Shown one piece after another: positions 13,187 through 23,050 of a stretch of DNA of 64,000 nt. The notes beneath the pieces were generated by a model. The model was given only the letters and a program-made list of their open reading frames with translations. It had not been told where the DNA came from and searched no databases. This stretch comes from Leidyana gryllorum EB-2025a (taxonomy: Eukaryota; Protista; Apicomplexa): NCBI GenBank assembly GCA_048772705.1, contig JBLWGC010000126.1, positions 84,490 through 148,489 of the forward strand. Direction: 5' to 3'. Within the stretch, counting starts at the first letter, position 1. Every line of letters starts with the position of its first letter. A program made the translations under genes and the position numbers.

Positions 13187-14062
13187 CTACCAATAGGGTA
13201 TGTGGGAAGTACTGGCGAGGTGTCGCCGGTGCTCTCGAGGGTGAGAATGTTGAGGCAGCGGGATGCAGGCCAAGCTTCCATAGAGCTCAATAGGTCCAAA
13301 AGGCTGAAGGCCCTCCCGCAAAGCTAGTAGTTGTTGATACATCTTCTCCAGTTCGCATGGACAGACCGCAGCGCGTCTGCATGGAATGGAGAACATCAAA
13401 CTGATCTTCTTGATCTCCTCAATCTCAGGACGACTGTCAAGAGAGTTCTCGAACGAGTAGTCGTTGACATTGTCCAGCTCCTCGCTTCCGAGGGCTATGG
13501 GGTCGCACAAAACAGTCCAGCTGGTGGCGCGGCTAGTGGCTCCCACTGTGAGAGTTCTCACATAACCTGCTCCATACACAGCATGTTCAAGTTCAGGTGT
13601 AAAAAGCGTGATGTTCGGGGGGGATGTTGTCCTCCAGTACAAGTTCTTCAGACTTGGGAACTCTACTACAATAGTTTTAGTCAAAACCACGTCCTCGTTT
13701 TGATCGATCCACAAGCGCTCCAGCGATTGCGGTGGATGCGCAAACAGCTTGCGGAAAATGTCCTCCAGCTCCGGCTCTCGCTCGCCTTCAGTATGGCCGA
13801 AGCTTATGGCCAGCGAGCGGACTTGAGACAAAGAACGCTTCCACCAAGCCCTGCACCACTTTGCCGCTCCGTAAAAGGCGCGCCACTGGGCACTGCAGCC
13901 CAGAACCATGTATCGAGTGGTCAACTCTTTCTCTATGAAGCGCAGATGGCTGTGGGATAGCCTTCGGAGTGGAGCTATCTCCAGTATTCCGAGAAAATCC
14001 CAGATAGGTTGGGTCAACGGCGAAACGCCGATACCAGGCTTACCATAGGCCTCGATCGACAT
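13187..14062 (-). CDS. Hypothetical protein, possibly F-box/LRR-like
   Basis: N-terminal PIWDFLGILEIAPLRRLS resembles an F-box; LRR-like strands SLERLWID and FPSLKNLYW. Confidence 0.45.
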   Translation of the reverse strand: MSIEAYGKPGIGVSPLTQPIWDFLGILEIAPLRRLSHSHLRFIEKELTTRYMVLGCSAQWRAFYGAAKWCRAWWKRSLSQVRSLAISFGHTEGEREPELEDIFRKLFAHPPQSLERLWIDQNEDVVLTKTIVVEFPSLKNLYWRTTSPPNITLFTPELEHAVYGAGYVRTLTVGATSRATSWTVLCDPIALGSEELDNVNDYSFENSLDSRPEIEEIKKISLMFSIPCRRAAVCPCELEKMYQQLLALREGLQPFGPIELYGSLACIPLPQHSHPREHRRHLASTSHIPYW

Positions 14063-14268
14063 AGCCACTTTCCCTAATATGGGCTTGCGGTATTGTGAGA
14101 AGAAAAGTACTTAATTCTACCCAAGATTGTGACTTATATTTGTGACATACACTGCGAACCCTCTAGTCAGAGTCACTCTTTCTCAAGTTCAACCATTCCA
14201 CATTGGTACCACAACCTGACAACAAAAAACATCTAGTCAAATTTTCAGGCCTCCCCACCCTTCCTGAC

Positions 14269-16645
14269 ATGAGTAAGACTTGACCTTCAACCGTTAATAT
14301 CATCAAATCATAGGCTCGGACGCTGGCGATGACAGCCAGAAGGGCGCGCTCGACCTCACAGGTCTTTTGTTGGGTGAGTATTCTGAGTATAAGTCACCAC
14401 ATGCATCTCTTTCACAGTTACTGGACTCCCTCCAGCATCGGGAGACAAAGTTGCCCAACTGGAGAAAGTGACCAACAAGCGTCTCAAAGATGCCGCCAAG
14501 AAGAAGGGTATGGTGATGAAGACTGACTTCAATGTGAAAATACCCACTAGCGACGAGGGCGCTGCTCAAGGGTACGTACATAGCACACACGTGTGTGCCA
14601 GGCAAAACATGATTTCTTCGTTTCAGGGTTGCTCTTCAAAATCTGTCATCCGACAGAGAGGCCGCTGATGTCTACCAGAAGCTGCGAAGCGTTGCTCTGG
14701 ACAAGAAGAATACTATTCGTCCAACACACTGGCCCTTGGCTCAGCAATTGATGGATTCCGAGCCCACTCCAGAAGCTCTCATGGAGATCCTCAAGAAGGA
14801 AGACCCTCGTTTGGCCAATATCGAAACTTTGAAGGGCACTGACAGAGTAGGCATCTCACTGCTTGAGCGTTTGCATTCAATATCACCCACTACAGAGTCA
14901 ATCGCGAAATTGGTTGCGTGACGAGAGCCAGAGGGAGATGCTCTTAGTGCGAGCTGGTAAGGAGACGTTAGTCCTCTGGTGGGATCCTGCTACCGGCGAG
15001 CCCGTGCTCCAGTGCGATGGTGAGGAGGCAAGGAAAGAGAAGAAGAGCTCGGCACTTGGTTCGGAGCCAGTTTGGACCAACTATGAAGCCTTCTGGTCCC
15101 CTCAAGGAACGTATCTGTGCACCATCCATCCTCAAGGTGTCCGTCTGTGGACTGGGGACAACTTTGTCCCAGTGGCACGTATTCAGCACAGAAACGTGAA
15201 GGAGGTGTTGTTTTCGCCTGACGAAAAGTACGTGGTGACGTCGAACGGACAAGCCGGTTCGACGATCAATGTGCGGTCCGTCAACACTTGCGAGCCCTTA
15301 CTGAGCATCCCGCAACCGGCTCAGGGTCCGACTGGGGATTCGAATTGGCCTTTGGTGTTGTGGAGTCACGACAGTAAGTACCTGGCGTGCTCTTCGGAGC
15401 ATGGAGTGACTCTCTGGTCTGTGCCCTCTATGGAGGAAGTCAAGATTCCCGAGTCCATTACCGGAGGTCGTCCGTATTTGCAATTCGGCTGGCAGCCTAA
15501 CAGTCGTTTGGAGGACGCTCCCGTCTTGTCACTGTGGATCGCGGCTCAGAATCCCGATTCGCCCTGCAGACTCACATTAGTGAGCGTGCCCAATATGCAG
15601 ATCCTGACTTCCAAGAACTTGTTCGCCGTGGACAACGCGGGACGCATTATGTGGCAAAAGAAAGGAGACCATTGCGGGTTGCTGACTCGCATCAGCCGGA
15701 GACTGCTGGGTAAACCCAAAATTGTGAAGACGCAAATGGAAATCTTCCGGATGAGGGAGAAGAATCTTCCCGTTGACTCTGTGGAGTTCAATGACGATGT
15801 CCTCAATGTCTTCTGGTCGGATGCTGGTAACAGATTTGCCGTTCTGACATCCAATGTCAACAAAGTTCGCAAAATGGTGTTCTACACCATCAATCACCGA
15901 GGAATTGAGGTGGCGTCTGAGCTCGATGTTCCCAGAGAAATGAACGCCGTGGTGTGGTCACCACTTGGCACCCATTTTGTTGTCGCCTCCGTTGGAAGCA
16001 CTGACGCCTCCGGTTTGCTGTGGTTCTGCCAATGCAACGAGAATGACGAAGGCCGAACCTATACCATTGAAATATCATATAAGGACGAAATGAGCAAATT
16101 ACAAGCAGTACAATGGGATCCCTCCGGACGATTCGTTCTTACCAGTAAGTCGCTCTGAGGCCAGCCTTATTCAGAATAACACTTTGCGTTCAGGTGTTTC
16201 TACTCCCATCGGGTTGGAGACTGCTTATCGTTACGCCAGTTCTGCTGGTTACGCTATCTGGTCTTTCCAGGGCAGACCCATGCACCATAAGGGGTCAGAA
16301 CTGCTGCACAGTGTCACATGGCGCCCTCATCCTCCCTCCTTGTTGAACAAGCAACAGCTGGCTGACGTGAAGATCAAGATGAAAGATTACTCCAAACGTC
16401 TGGAAGCCTCTGATCAGGCCAAGCGGGGTGCGAGAAAGGCAGAATTGCAGGCCAAAAAGGCCCAGATCTACAAAGAATTCATGGACTGGGCTCATGAAAG
16501 GGAAGAGTGGATCACCAGTCAAGCAGGGTACAGTGAGTGGGAGGAGGATAGGCAAAAGTGGGCGGAAGAACACCCAACAGAGGAAATAGAACTAGAAACC
16601 AGTGAGGAAATATCGGTCAGTACCCGACCCACTATGGGTGGATGA
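14269..16645 (+). CDS. EIF3B: Eukaryotic translation initiation factor 3 subunit B (RRM + beta-propeller), multi-exon
   Basis: RRM-like N-terminus (VTGLPP...VAQLEKV), then WSPQGTYL..IHPQGVRLW, FSPDEKYVVT, WSHDSKY, WQKKGD, EIFRMREKNLPVD, WDPSGRFV, YAIWSFQG and WRPHPPSLL. The first exon appears to be 4 nt (ATGA). Confidence 0.92.
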
Positions 16646-16804
16646 GGTCGTGAGATTTCATACTATCGAAAAGAACTATTGACAAAATATCTTACTTCCC
16701 ATTTGTTGATCTATCACAACAGCATCGAAAATGTGCCCTGCACGACATTCACCTTCAAATTCAGGTCTGTGATAGACACACGCCCATCACACCTTTTCGT
16801 CACC

Positions 16805-17635
16805 ATGTTTGGAATGGAGTTACTATTTGGTGAAATCCCACACGATGAGCTGCTCACTTCAGCATTAGTGGCGGGCAGAAGACTCTATCCTCTGTTGGAC
16901 AGATTCGATTATTTTCGATTTCAGATGGATAGTGGCTACTATCTTCCGTGTCACATTTCTTCAGGGGTACCCGTTTTGGAAGCCTTGTTGACTGGACAGT
17001 ATATGGCCTATCCGAAAGCTTCGTATGCCTGGGGCAACGCTTTAGCATTCGCAGCTCTGCAGCAGGAACGATATGACATTGTTTACTATATCAGAAGGCT
17101 GCTCAAAGGCACTTTCCTGCCGGAGGAACGATGCGCATTTGTTATGTACTCGGCCCCCAGACTGGCAGCCGACAGATTCGATTTACACAGCTGGGATCTC
17201 CTCGTGCATTTGGGATGGGATTTGAACGCCTCACGACCCGAATGGATCAGTTTAGTTCACGCTTCCAGACAACACAGACACATCAATGCCCTTCGTCTGT
17301 TAGCAATGAGCGAGTTGACGGGCTTTCTTGTGCGACCAATGCCGGAGCCTCTACCCTCGATGATAGGCGGCGGGGAGAACATTAGGAATTTCATCGCTCA
17401 AGGCGGACACCCCCAGTTACATCACCATCACGAGTCTCCGATGCCAGCACAACTCTTCCCCAACGATCAGGTGCCCGGAGCGGACCACTCGTATCCGTAC
17501 GAAGACCAGTATCATCACCCCCCCCACCCTCACCAGCACTTAGGACCAGATGGGTACCACGAGATGCCTCCGCCTTACCCCCATCAAGGCATGTACCATC
17601 CTCCTCCTCCTCATCGTGATGGATATCACCATTAA
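16805..17635 (+). CDS. Hypothetical protein with His/Pro/Tyr-rich C-terminal tail
   Basis: Intronless ORF with a helical, possibly ankyrin-like middle and a HHPPHPHQH...PPPPHRDGYHH tail. Confidence 0.6.
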   Translation: MFGMELLFGEIPHDELLTSALVAGRRLYPLLDRFDYFRFQMDSGYYLPCHISSGVPVLEALLTGQYMAYPKASYAWGNALAFAALQQERYDIVYYIRRLLKGTFLPEERCAFVMYSAPRLAADRFDLHSWDLLVHLGWDLNASRPEWISLVHASRQHRHINALRLLAMSELTGFLVRPMPEPLPSMIGGGENIRNFIAQGGHPQLHHHHESPMPAQLFPNDQVPGADHSYPYEDQYHHPPHPHQHLGPDGYHEMPPPYPHQGMYHPPPPHRDGYHH

Positions 17636-17804
17636 TGAATCAACACAATGCAGCATTAGTCAGAAAGAAGTAGAGTCAATTGAGTTGTAAAGCCATTCGG
17701 AGGCGAGTATGTAAGGGAGACGTCTTGAATTAGTACCCGGGAGGTGTCGAGTACGACACAATGCCCAGTGACGCACACATGTGTGTGGGTGCATCTGGAA
17801 CTCG

Positions 17805-18419
17805 ATGCCCAGTGGAGTAGGGGTTGTGACAACAAACAGACATGTCGAAGGGAGACGCACGGGAATTGAGAAAGAAACGCGAGACTCGGGTGCGGTCGAC
17901 AGGGCGCGAGGGAGACGTGCAGCTAAACCGTCAGCTGCCGAGCAATTTACCGATAGTGGTGTACCGCAGTCGAGCGGTGTGTGCAGACCCGATGAGCGTG
18001 TGATCTTACCTCCGTGCCACCAACGGTCACATGACAGGTTTCTGGAGCTGTTGAAGGAGCAGGAGGCTGGTGGTTTAGCAGCGGTGGCAGCAGCACCACA
18101 ACCCAGTTGGCAATGTGAGAGTTGCTCAAGATCATTTAGTGAGCGGAGTGCTCTAACTAAGCATCTCAAGGGGTGCAGTGGACCTCGGCGGCGAGGCGGG
18201 CCCGTCCAGTTGAAACGAGCATACGCTCCGGTACCTCCTGGAGGAGGACGAGGGTCTGAGCAGCAGCATTGGAACACGGAAACACATCTACCACCAAAAG
18301 CCACTACTATGGAGACGACGCTGATCCAGTGTGTTCACTGTGGGAGGTCCTTCAACTCAAAGGCTCACGCCATTCACGAGAGAATTTGCCTTAATGTTTT
18401 CCAAGTGCGTAGACACTGA
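17805..18419 (+). CDS. C2HC-type zinc finger protein
   Basis: Two fingers: CESCSRSFSERSALTKHLKGC and CVHCGRSFNSKAHAIHERIC. Confidence 0.7.
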   Translation: MPSGVGVVTTNRHVEGRRTGIEKETRDSGAVDRARGRRAAKPSAAEQFTDSGVPQSSGVCRPDERVILPPCHQRSHDRFLELLKEQEAGGLAAVAAAPQPSWQCESCSRSFSERSALTKHLKGCSGPRRRGGPVQLKRAYAPVPPGGGRGSEQQHWNTETHLPPKATTMETTLIQCVHCGRSFNSKAHAIHERICLNVFQVRRH

Positions 18420-18526
18420 GTTTGCTCGATCGAACCTTCGTTCTCGTTGTCTCTCCTCCTTGTTTGGCAATATTGTATGACAGGCGCGTATGCTATATTA
18501 TCAGGGCGGCAGAGTCGTTGTGGTTT

Positions 18527-19081
18527 TCAGCGGCGGCGCTCGAGTTCTGAGCACAACCAGTCCAGTCCTTCGGTTATTCCGGTGCCTTTCAGGGCGGACG
18601 TAGCGAATATGGTCCACGGTCGGTCCCGAATGGCAGTCAAATTGAGGGCTTCAGACAGCTGTGTGGTTGTGAGGGCTGAGGGGAGATCTTGTTTATTGGC
18701 AAAGACCACGAGTACAACGTTCTTGAGTTCCTCTTCTTCCAGTAGCATGTGGAGTTCTTGTTTGGCGAGGTCGAGTCTGGCGGTATCGGTTGCGTCGACT
18801 ACAAAGACCAGAGCGGCGGTAGCGAGGAAGTAGCATCGCCAGAAAGGTCGTATAGAGGTTTGGCCTCCGAGGTCCCAGACTTGGAACTTGATATTCTTGG
18901 CTTCGACGGTTTCTACATTGAAGCCAAGCGTGGGGACAGTTTCCACAACTTCATCAAGCTGCATTCGGTAGAGAATGGTCGTTTTGCCCGCATTGTCGAG
19001 GCCTAGAATGAGGATCTTAGCCTCTTGAGCCTTGAAAAGCGCCTGCAGCGACGATAGGACCCTGGACAGAAGCCCCCCCAT
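18527..19081 (-). CDS. ARL1: ADP-ribosylation factor-like GTPase 1
   Basis: Myristoylation Gly2, [25 protein letters not shown] (ARL1-typical), NKQD and TSA motifs. Confidence 0.92.
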   Translation of the reverse strand: MGGLLSRVLSSLQALFKAQEAKILILGLDNAGKTTILYRMQLDEVVETVPTLGFNVETVEAKNIKFQVWDLGGQTSIRPFWRCYFLATAALVFVVDATDTARLDLAKQELHMLLEEEELKNVVLVVFANKQDLPSALTTTQLSEALNLTAIRDRPWTIFATSALKGTGITEGLDWLCSELERRR

Positions 19082-19133
19082 TACGAAAAGACTCTTTTAT
19101 TGGTGCCCATTGTATGTAGAGAACGGATGAATT

Positions 19134-21979
19134 ATGGGCTCCATTGGACGCCAAGTGGATTGGCGAGCGCTTTCGAGCTTCGCCGCTGAGGAAGACAAAG
19201 CGACGCTCGCTGCTTTGGCGGAATGTAGCGTGATAGATAATCACCGACCCCTGACTGCAGTGCCTGCCTGTGGGCTCAGCGGGCCGCTCATGTACCAGCG
19301 GCTGACGCTCACCTCGCACGACCCGACACCAGGTACGGCACAGGTAACCCAGACAGTTCTACGAAGGTTCTCAAGACGCAAAAATGAAGCTGCTTCGGCC
19401 TCCACTCGTGCACTCGATGGCGTGATCTGTGTGATGGCCTTGGCCGTGTCGGATGAATTGGCTGCTGTGGCATTGTTGGTACTATCTTCACTGAATGCCA
19501 AGTATGAAACTCCCAAGTTTCCTTTGTTTGTGGACCCTCAAGCGCCGATGCCACCTTTCATGACAATCTCGGCTCTCTCTTACGCTATCGCGGCGCACGC
19601 CGAGACGCTTTCACGCGAAATTATGTCTCTCATATACGCCTCCGGGCCCTTTGTCTCCCGGAGGAACTCGCTCACTCGACGCGCATCCCGAATGACCTCC
19701 GCCATGGATGTTCCCCCAACCCTTCTGACGGGCCCTTCTCGACGCTCTGCCCGCCCCTGTCCCTCTCCCACCCACTCGCCTCGGGGAGGCGGCGGCCCTC
19801 CACCGACGTCTTCACCATCACCCCAGCATCTGTCTTCCCCTGTCGCCGGTTCCGCTGCCGGTTCTTCTTCTTCCTCGTGTGGCCTGTTCGCGGGACTCAA
19901 GAGGCGATTCGTTCGCAACAAGAGTTCGAGCGCGACCCCAGCATTGAAAGGTCAAAGTGGTCAAACAACAACGTCACCCCCCCTCATCCCTCCCCCCGCC
20001 GAGCAGCCTGCGGTGGTTCCTCCTCTCCGCGGCCGTATGGAGAGTGTCTGTCTCTCGCAGTGCGACTCGGCTGACAGCCTGGGAGAGTTAGCTGACTTTA
20101 GCCCGCGAATGCGCCGTACACGTGCCTTCACTGAGGATTCGATTGCTGTATCTGTGGCACCCAGTAGTCGGCAGTACAAGCCGCGTGAACGCCGCCGCAT
20201 GAGTGGGATAGAAGAGACCGACATGGAGCGAGAAGATCGGTACTATTCTTTGTGTGTGGAGACCATCATCTCCATTGCCTCCGGGATAGCTTTCGCTCGA
20301 CAGTGCGGTGCTTTAGCTGTTGTCCTCAGACTGGACCCCTCATCTGGACTCTACAAAACCTCCCGACTCGATGCGCTCGAACGCGCACTATCGCTTTGGC
20401 TTCTGAACGCCCAAGGTCCTGAACTGGGGATCCCCTGCCTTTTTGCAGGCAGGCCCGCGAATGAACCGGGAATCACTAAAGTGCTCATAACTCCGACAAA
20501 ACTCCGTCGGGGCGATCATATCTACCGTCAAATCCGTCTGAAGGGAGGCCTAAGTTACCTTACTCATCACGGAATATACCTCGGAAGAGGCGAAGTCATT
20601 CACTTCTCGGTTGGGAATGAAGAGTCGGTAACATCGCTACTCATTCCTTCTCAAGAAAACTCTGCATTACGCAAGACCACCATTCTGGACTTCATGAAGT
20701 ATGGAGGAACCCTCTTTGTGGAAAGGTAAGTGCCATCTACGGCCATTGCTATCGCTGCCATTCCATTCCTATTGATATTGACTCACTCACTGACTCACTG
20801 CTTGGGAGCAACTTGAATGATCCGCGAGATAGAGATCGATTGCTTACTCGCTCGCTCACTCATTCATTCATCCATCCATCCAAATCCAAATCCACCCCCC
20901 TTCTCTCAATGGGGGGTTAGGGCTTTTCATTGATATGGAGGGAGAGAGTGTTTTTGACACCACCTCAATTCTATAGGGAGCAGAGCTTTTGTTTCAACTC
21001 GTGTGTGTGCGTGCCTTTACTCGCTCAACCGTCAATGTCTCGTGCCCTCACGTGTGTGTGCGTGTGAGAGTGGCGTCCTCCCCCACTCTCAATCTGACTG
21101 CCGGTTCGAACTGAAATTCACATCTCTATCTGTATGTGGAGGCTAATTAGCATCCGTCACCTCGTCCGCGGCGCGGCGGTGCGACTGCCTCCCTCTCTCT
21201 CCATCCACCGCATGAGTTTTGTTTTCGGGCGCCCAGCTGGAGATCGACGGGCGTCTCTTTATCCAGGAGTGCCGTCTCTCCACTGATATCGGTGTCGACA
21301 TGTCCAGTGACCGATGTTATATATTCGACAATGGCTCGGCTCCTTCATATGTCCCTCTCAAGTTTTTGTCTCCTGATCGATAAGCGTTTTTGGTATACAT
21401 CGTAATGTGCAATGCTGGGCTGAGGACTGATGGATTGCTTTCCTATGGCAGATATGAACGGACAGATCAAATAAGTCCGGCAAATGATTCCATGCGATAT
21501 GAAAGGGGTTGGCCGGGACGAAGTGGAATTGTTCAAATGTTCGCCAAGGTGAGTGTGTGTGTGTGTGGGTAGTCAGTAGTCAGGTAGACGCGAATGAGTT
21601 GATCTCCAAAACCGTCTCGTTTCCTGTATTCCCCTCCCTTTGCGCACCAGATGCTCAATGAAAAGTGTTGTTGTGCCCGCAGAGCGATCATGACGAGGAT
21701 GCAGCGCGAAGAGCCGAATTCGCATACGTGTATTTCCACACGAAGCGTATCGAAGAAGAGGGGGGATCGATCGATACTCGACTTCGAGAGGTGTTATCAA
21801 CGTTGGCACGAGACTTTGATTTCCCGTCTTATAACCTGTTCAACAACAATTGCGAGCATTTCTGTCGCTGGTGTAAGACTGGGACAGCGGGTTCCATGCA
21901 GGCGGACGTATTCGGCGCCGCAGTGGACGCCTTTGTTCGCGGGTTCGCCCGGCAGAAATCCTCCCAGTTTCTGGCCTGA
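19134..21979 (+). CDS. LRAT (permuted NlpC/P60) domain protein with long N-terminal extension, 3 exons
   Basis: GDHIY...HHGIYLG..EVIHFS in exon 1 (to about 20725), a small exon at about 21452-21548, and a last exon from 21683 with YNLFNNNCEHFCRWCKTG. Splice phases are consistent. Confidence 0.85.
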
Positions 21980-22016
21980 CCATGACTTACTGTCCCAGTC
22001 ACCAAAGAAAAGCGAA

Positions 22017-22343
22017 ATGCGAGGCGTCGCGTGGCTGGTATTGAGCGTTTCGTTGGTGTACAGCACCACTGTTGCACCAGCATTGGTGGAGGAAGATGGA
22101 GAGACAACACGGGCAAAACATCGACCTTGGAACGAGGAGGGCGATCAGCATCTGCGCCGGGCAACATCCGAGGTTGCCCATGACTGTGCAGCTAAAATCA
22201 AAGGAACTAAATCTGAGCTAGCGAAGTGTCAAGAGCTGTGTTACACTGCGCGTGTTGACGCCCGCTTTTGCCCGTTTGATCCGACCTCAGCAGAGTTGCT
22301 TATTGAATGCATTCGTATGATTGCCTACGATTGTTGGATATAG
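22017..22343 (+). CDS. Small secreted cysteine-rich protein (108 aa)
   Basis: Signal-peptide-like MRGVAWLVLSVSLVYS; six Cys in the C-terminal half. Confidence 0.6.
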   Translation: MRGVAWLVLSVSLVYSTTVAPALVEEDGETTRAKHRPWNEEGDQHLRRATSEVAHDCAAKIKGTKSELAKCQELCYTARVDARFCPFDPTSAELLIECIRMIAYDCWI

Positions 22344-22416
22344 CCGTCTCATCAAAATGTCTCTCCCCTCTAACATTTCTTGTTGTGTATAATCAATCTT
22401 AGTTAATACATCCCAA

Positions 22417-22950
22417 ATGCAGGAGATCGCCCGTCACATTTCCACCTCTGTTCGATCAGAGAACTTGCCAATAACAGCATCTTCTCGGGTTGTACACCAC
22501 TCAATCTCCACTACAGCTATCCCGCGCTCTGCTCCCACATATTTCACTTCTTCTCCTCCAACACGGTCTATTTCCGTCTCTCCCACCATCTTACCCGCCA
22601 CCTCTATGCCGTACAGACAATCTCCTCTGGCAAATCTCCCCTCGACGACTACCACAACCAGATATCAAGTCCGTTCACGTGGCATAGCTGGCCCTGCCGG
22701 GCGCAGCGTCTATACCTCAGACTACCACCAACTCCGGTCAACGCAGTTCCCGACCATCGGAAGCTATCCAGCGGACTTTCCCGAGAGCCCGAGACGATAT
22801 CGAGTTGCCAAACGCCGCCAGGGAACCTGCGCTGCCCTCAATTCCGCCTTTTGTGGCGCCTGCGATCGACCCAACGGCTGGTGCGCCCAGCTCAATGAAG
22901 ACGGTCGCTGCGACCGAGGCGGCCGCTACCTGGTACCTGCTTCTCACTGA
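22417..22950 (+). CDS. Hypothetical Ser/Thr/Pro-rich protein with C-terminal Cys cluster
   Basis: 177-aa ORF flanked by AT-richer spacers; CAALNSAFCGACDRPNGWC. Confidence 0.55.
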   Translation: MQEIARHISTSVRSENLPITASSRVVHHSISTTAIPRSAPTYFTSSPPTRSISVSPTILPATSMPYRQSPLANLPSTTTTTRYQVRSRGIAGPAGRSVYTSDYHQLRSTQFPTIGSYPADFPESPRRYRVAKRRQGTCAALNSAFCGACDRPNGWCAQLNEDGRCDRGGRYLVPASH

Positions 22951-23050
22951 AGGCCATTTTAGAGTAGAATAATCTCATCCCACCAGACATGCAACCCTAC
23001 TTTATGTATATTAAGAGATTCAAAGTTCTTGCATTTGAAGTACTAAAACC

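Noticed and set aside
13331-13960. Long antisense or alternate-frame ORFs (also 8396-9052, 17660-18304, 45958-46422, 63487-63981)
   Set aside because: Shadows of better-supported genes on the other strand in ~52% GC DNA.
21011-21024. U5 snRNA loop-like GCCTTTAC
   Set aside because: One T short of the invariant loop and lacks the flanking stem and Sm site.
21095-21120. tRNA suggested by GGTTCGAA
   Set aside because: No cloverleaf or acceptor stem can be built around it.
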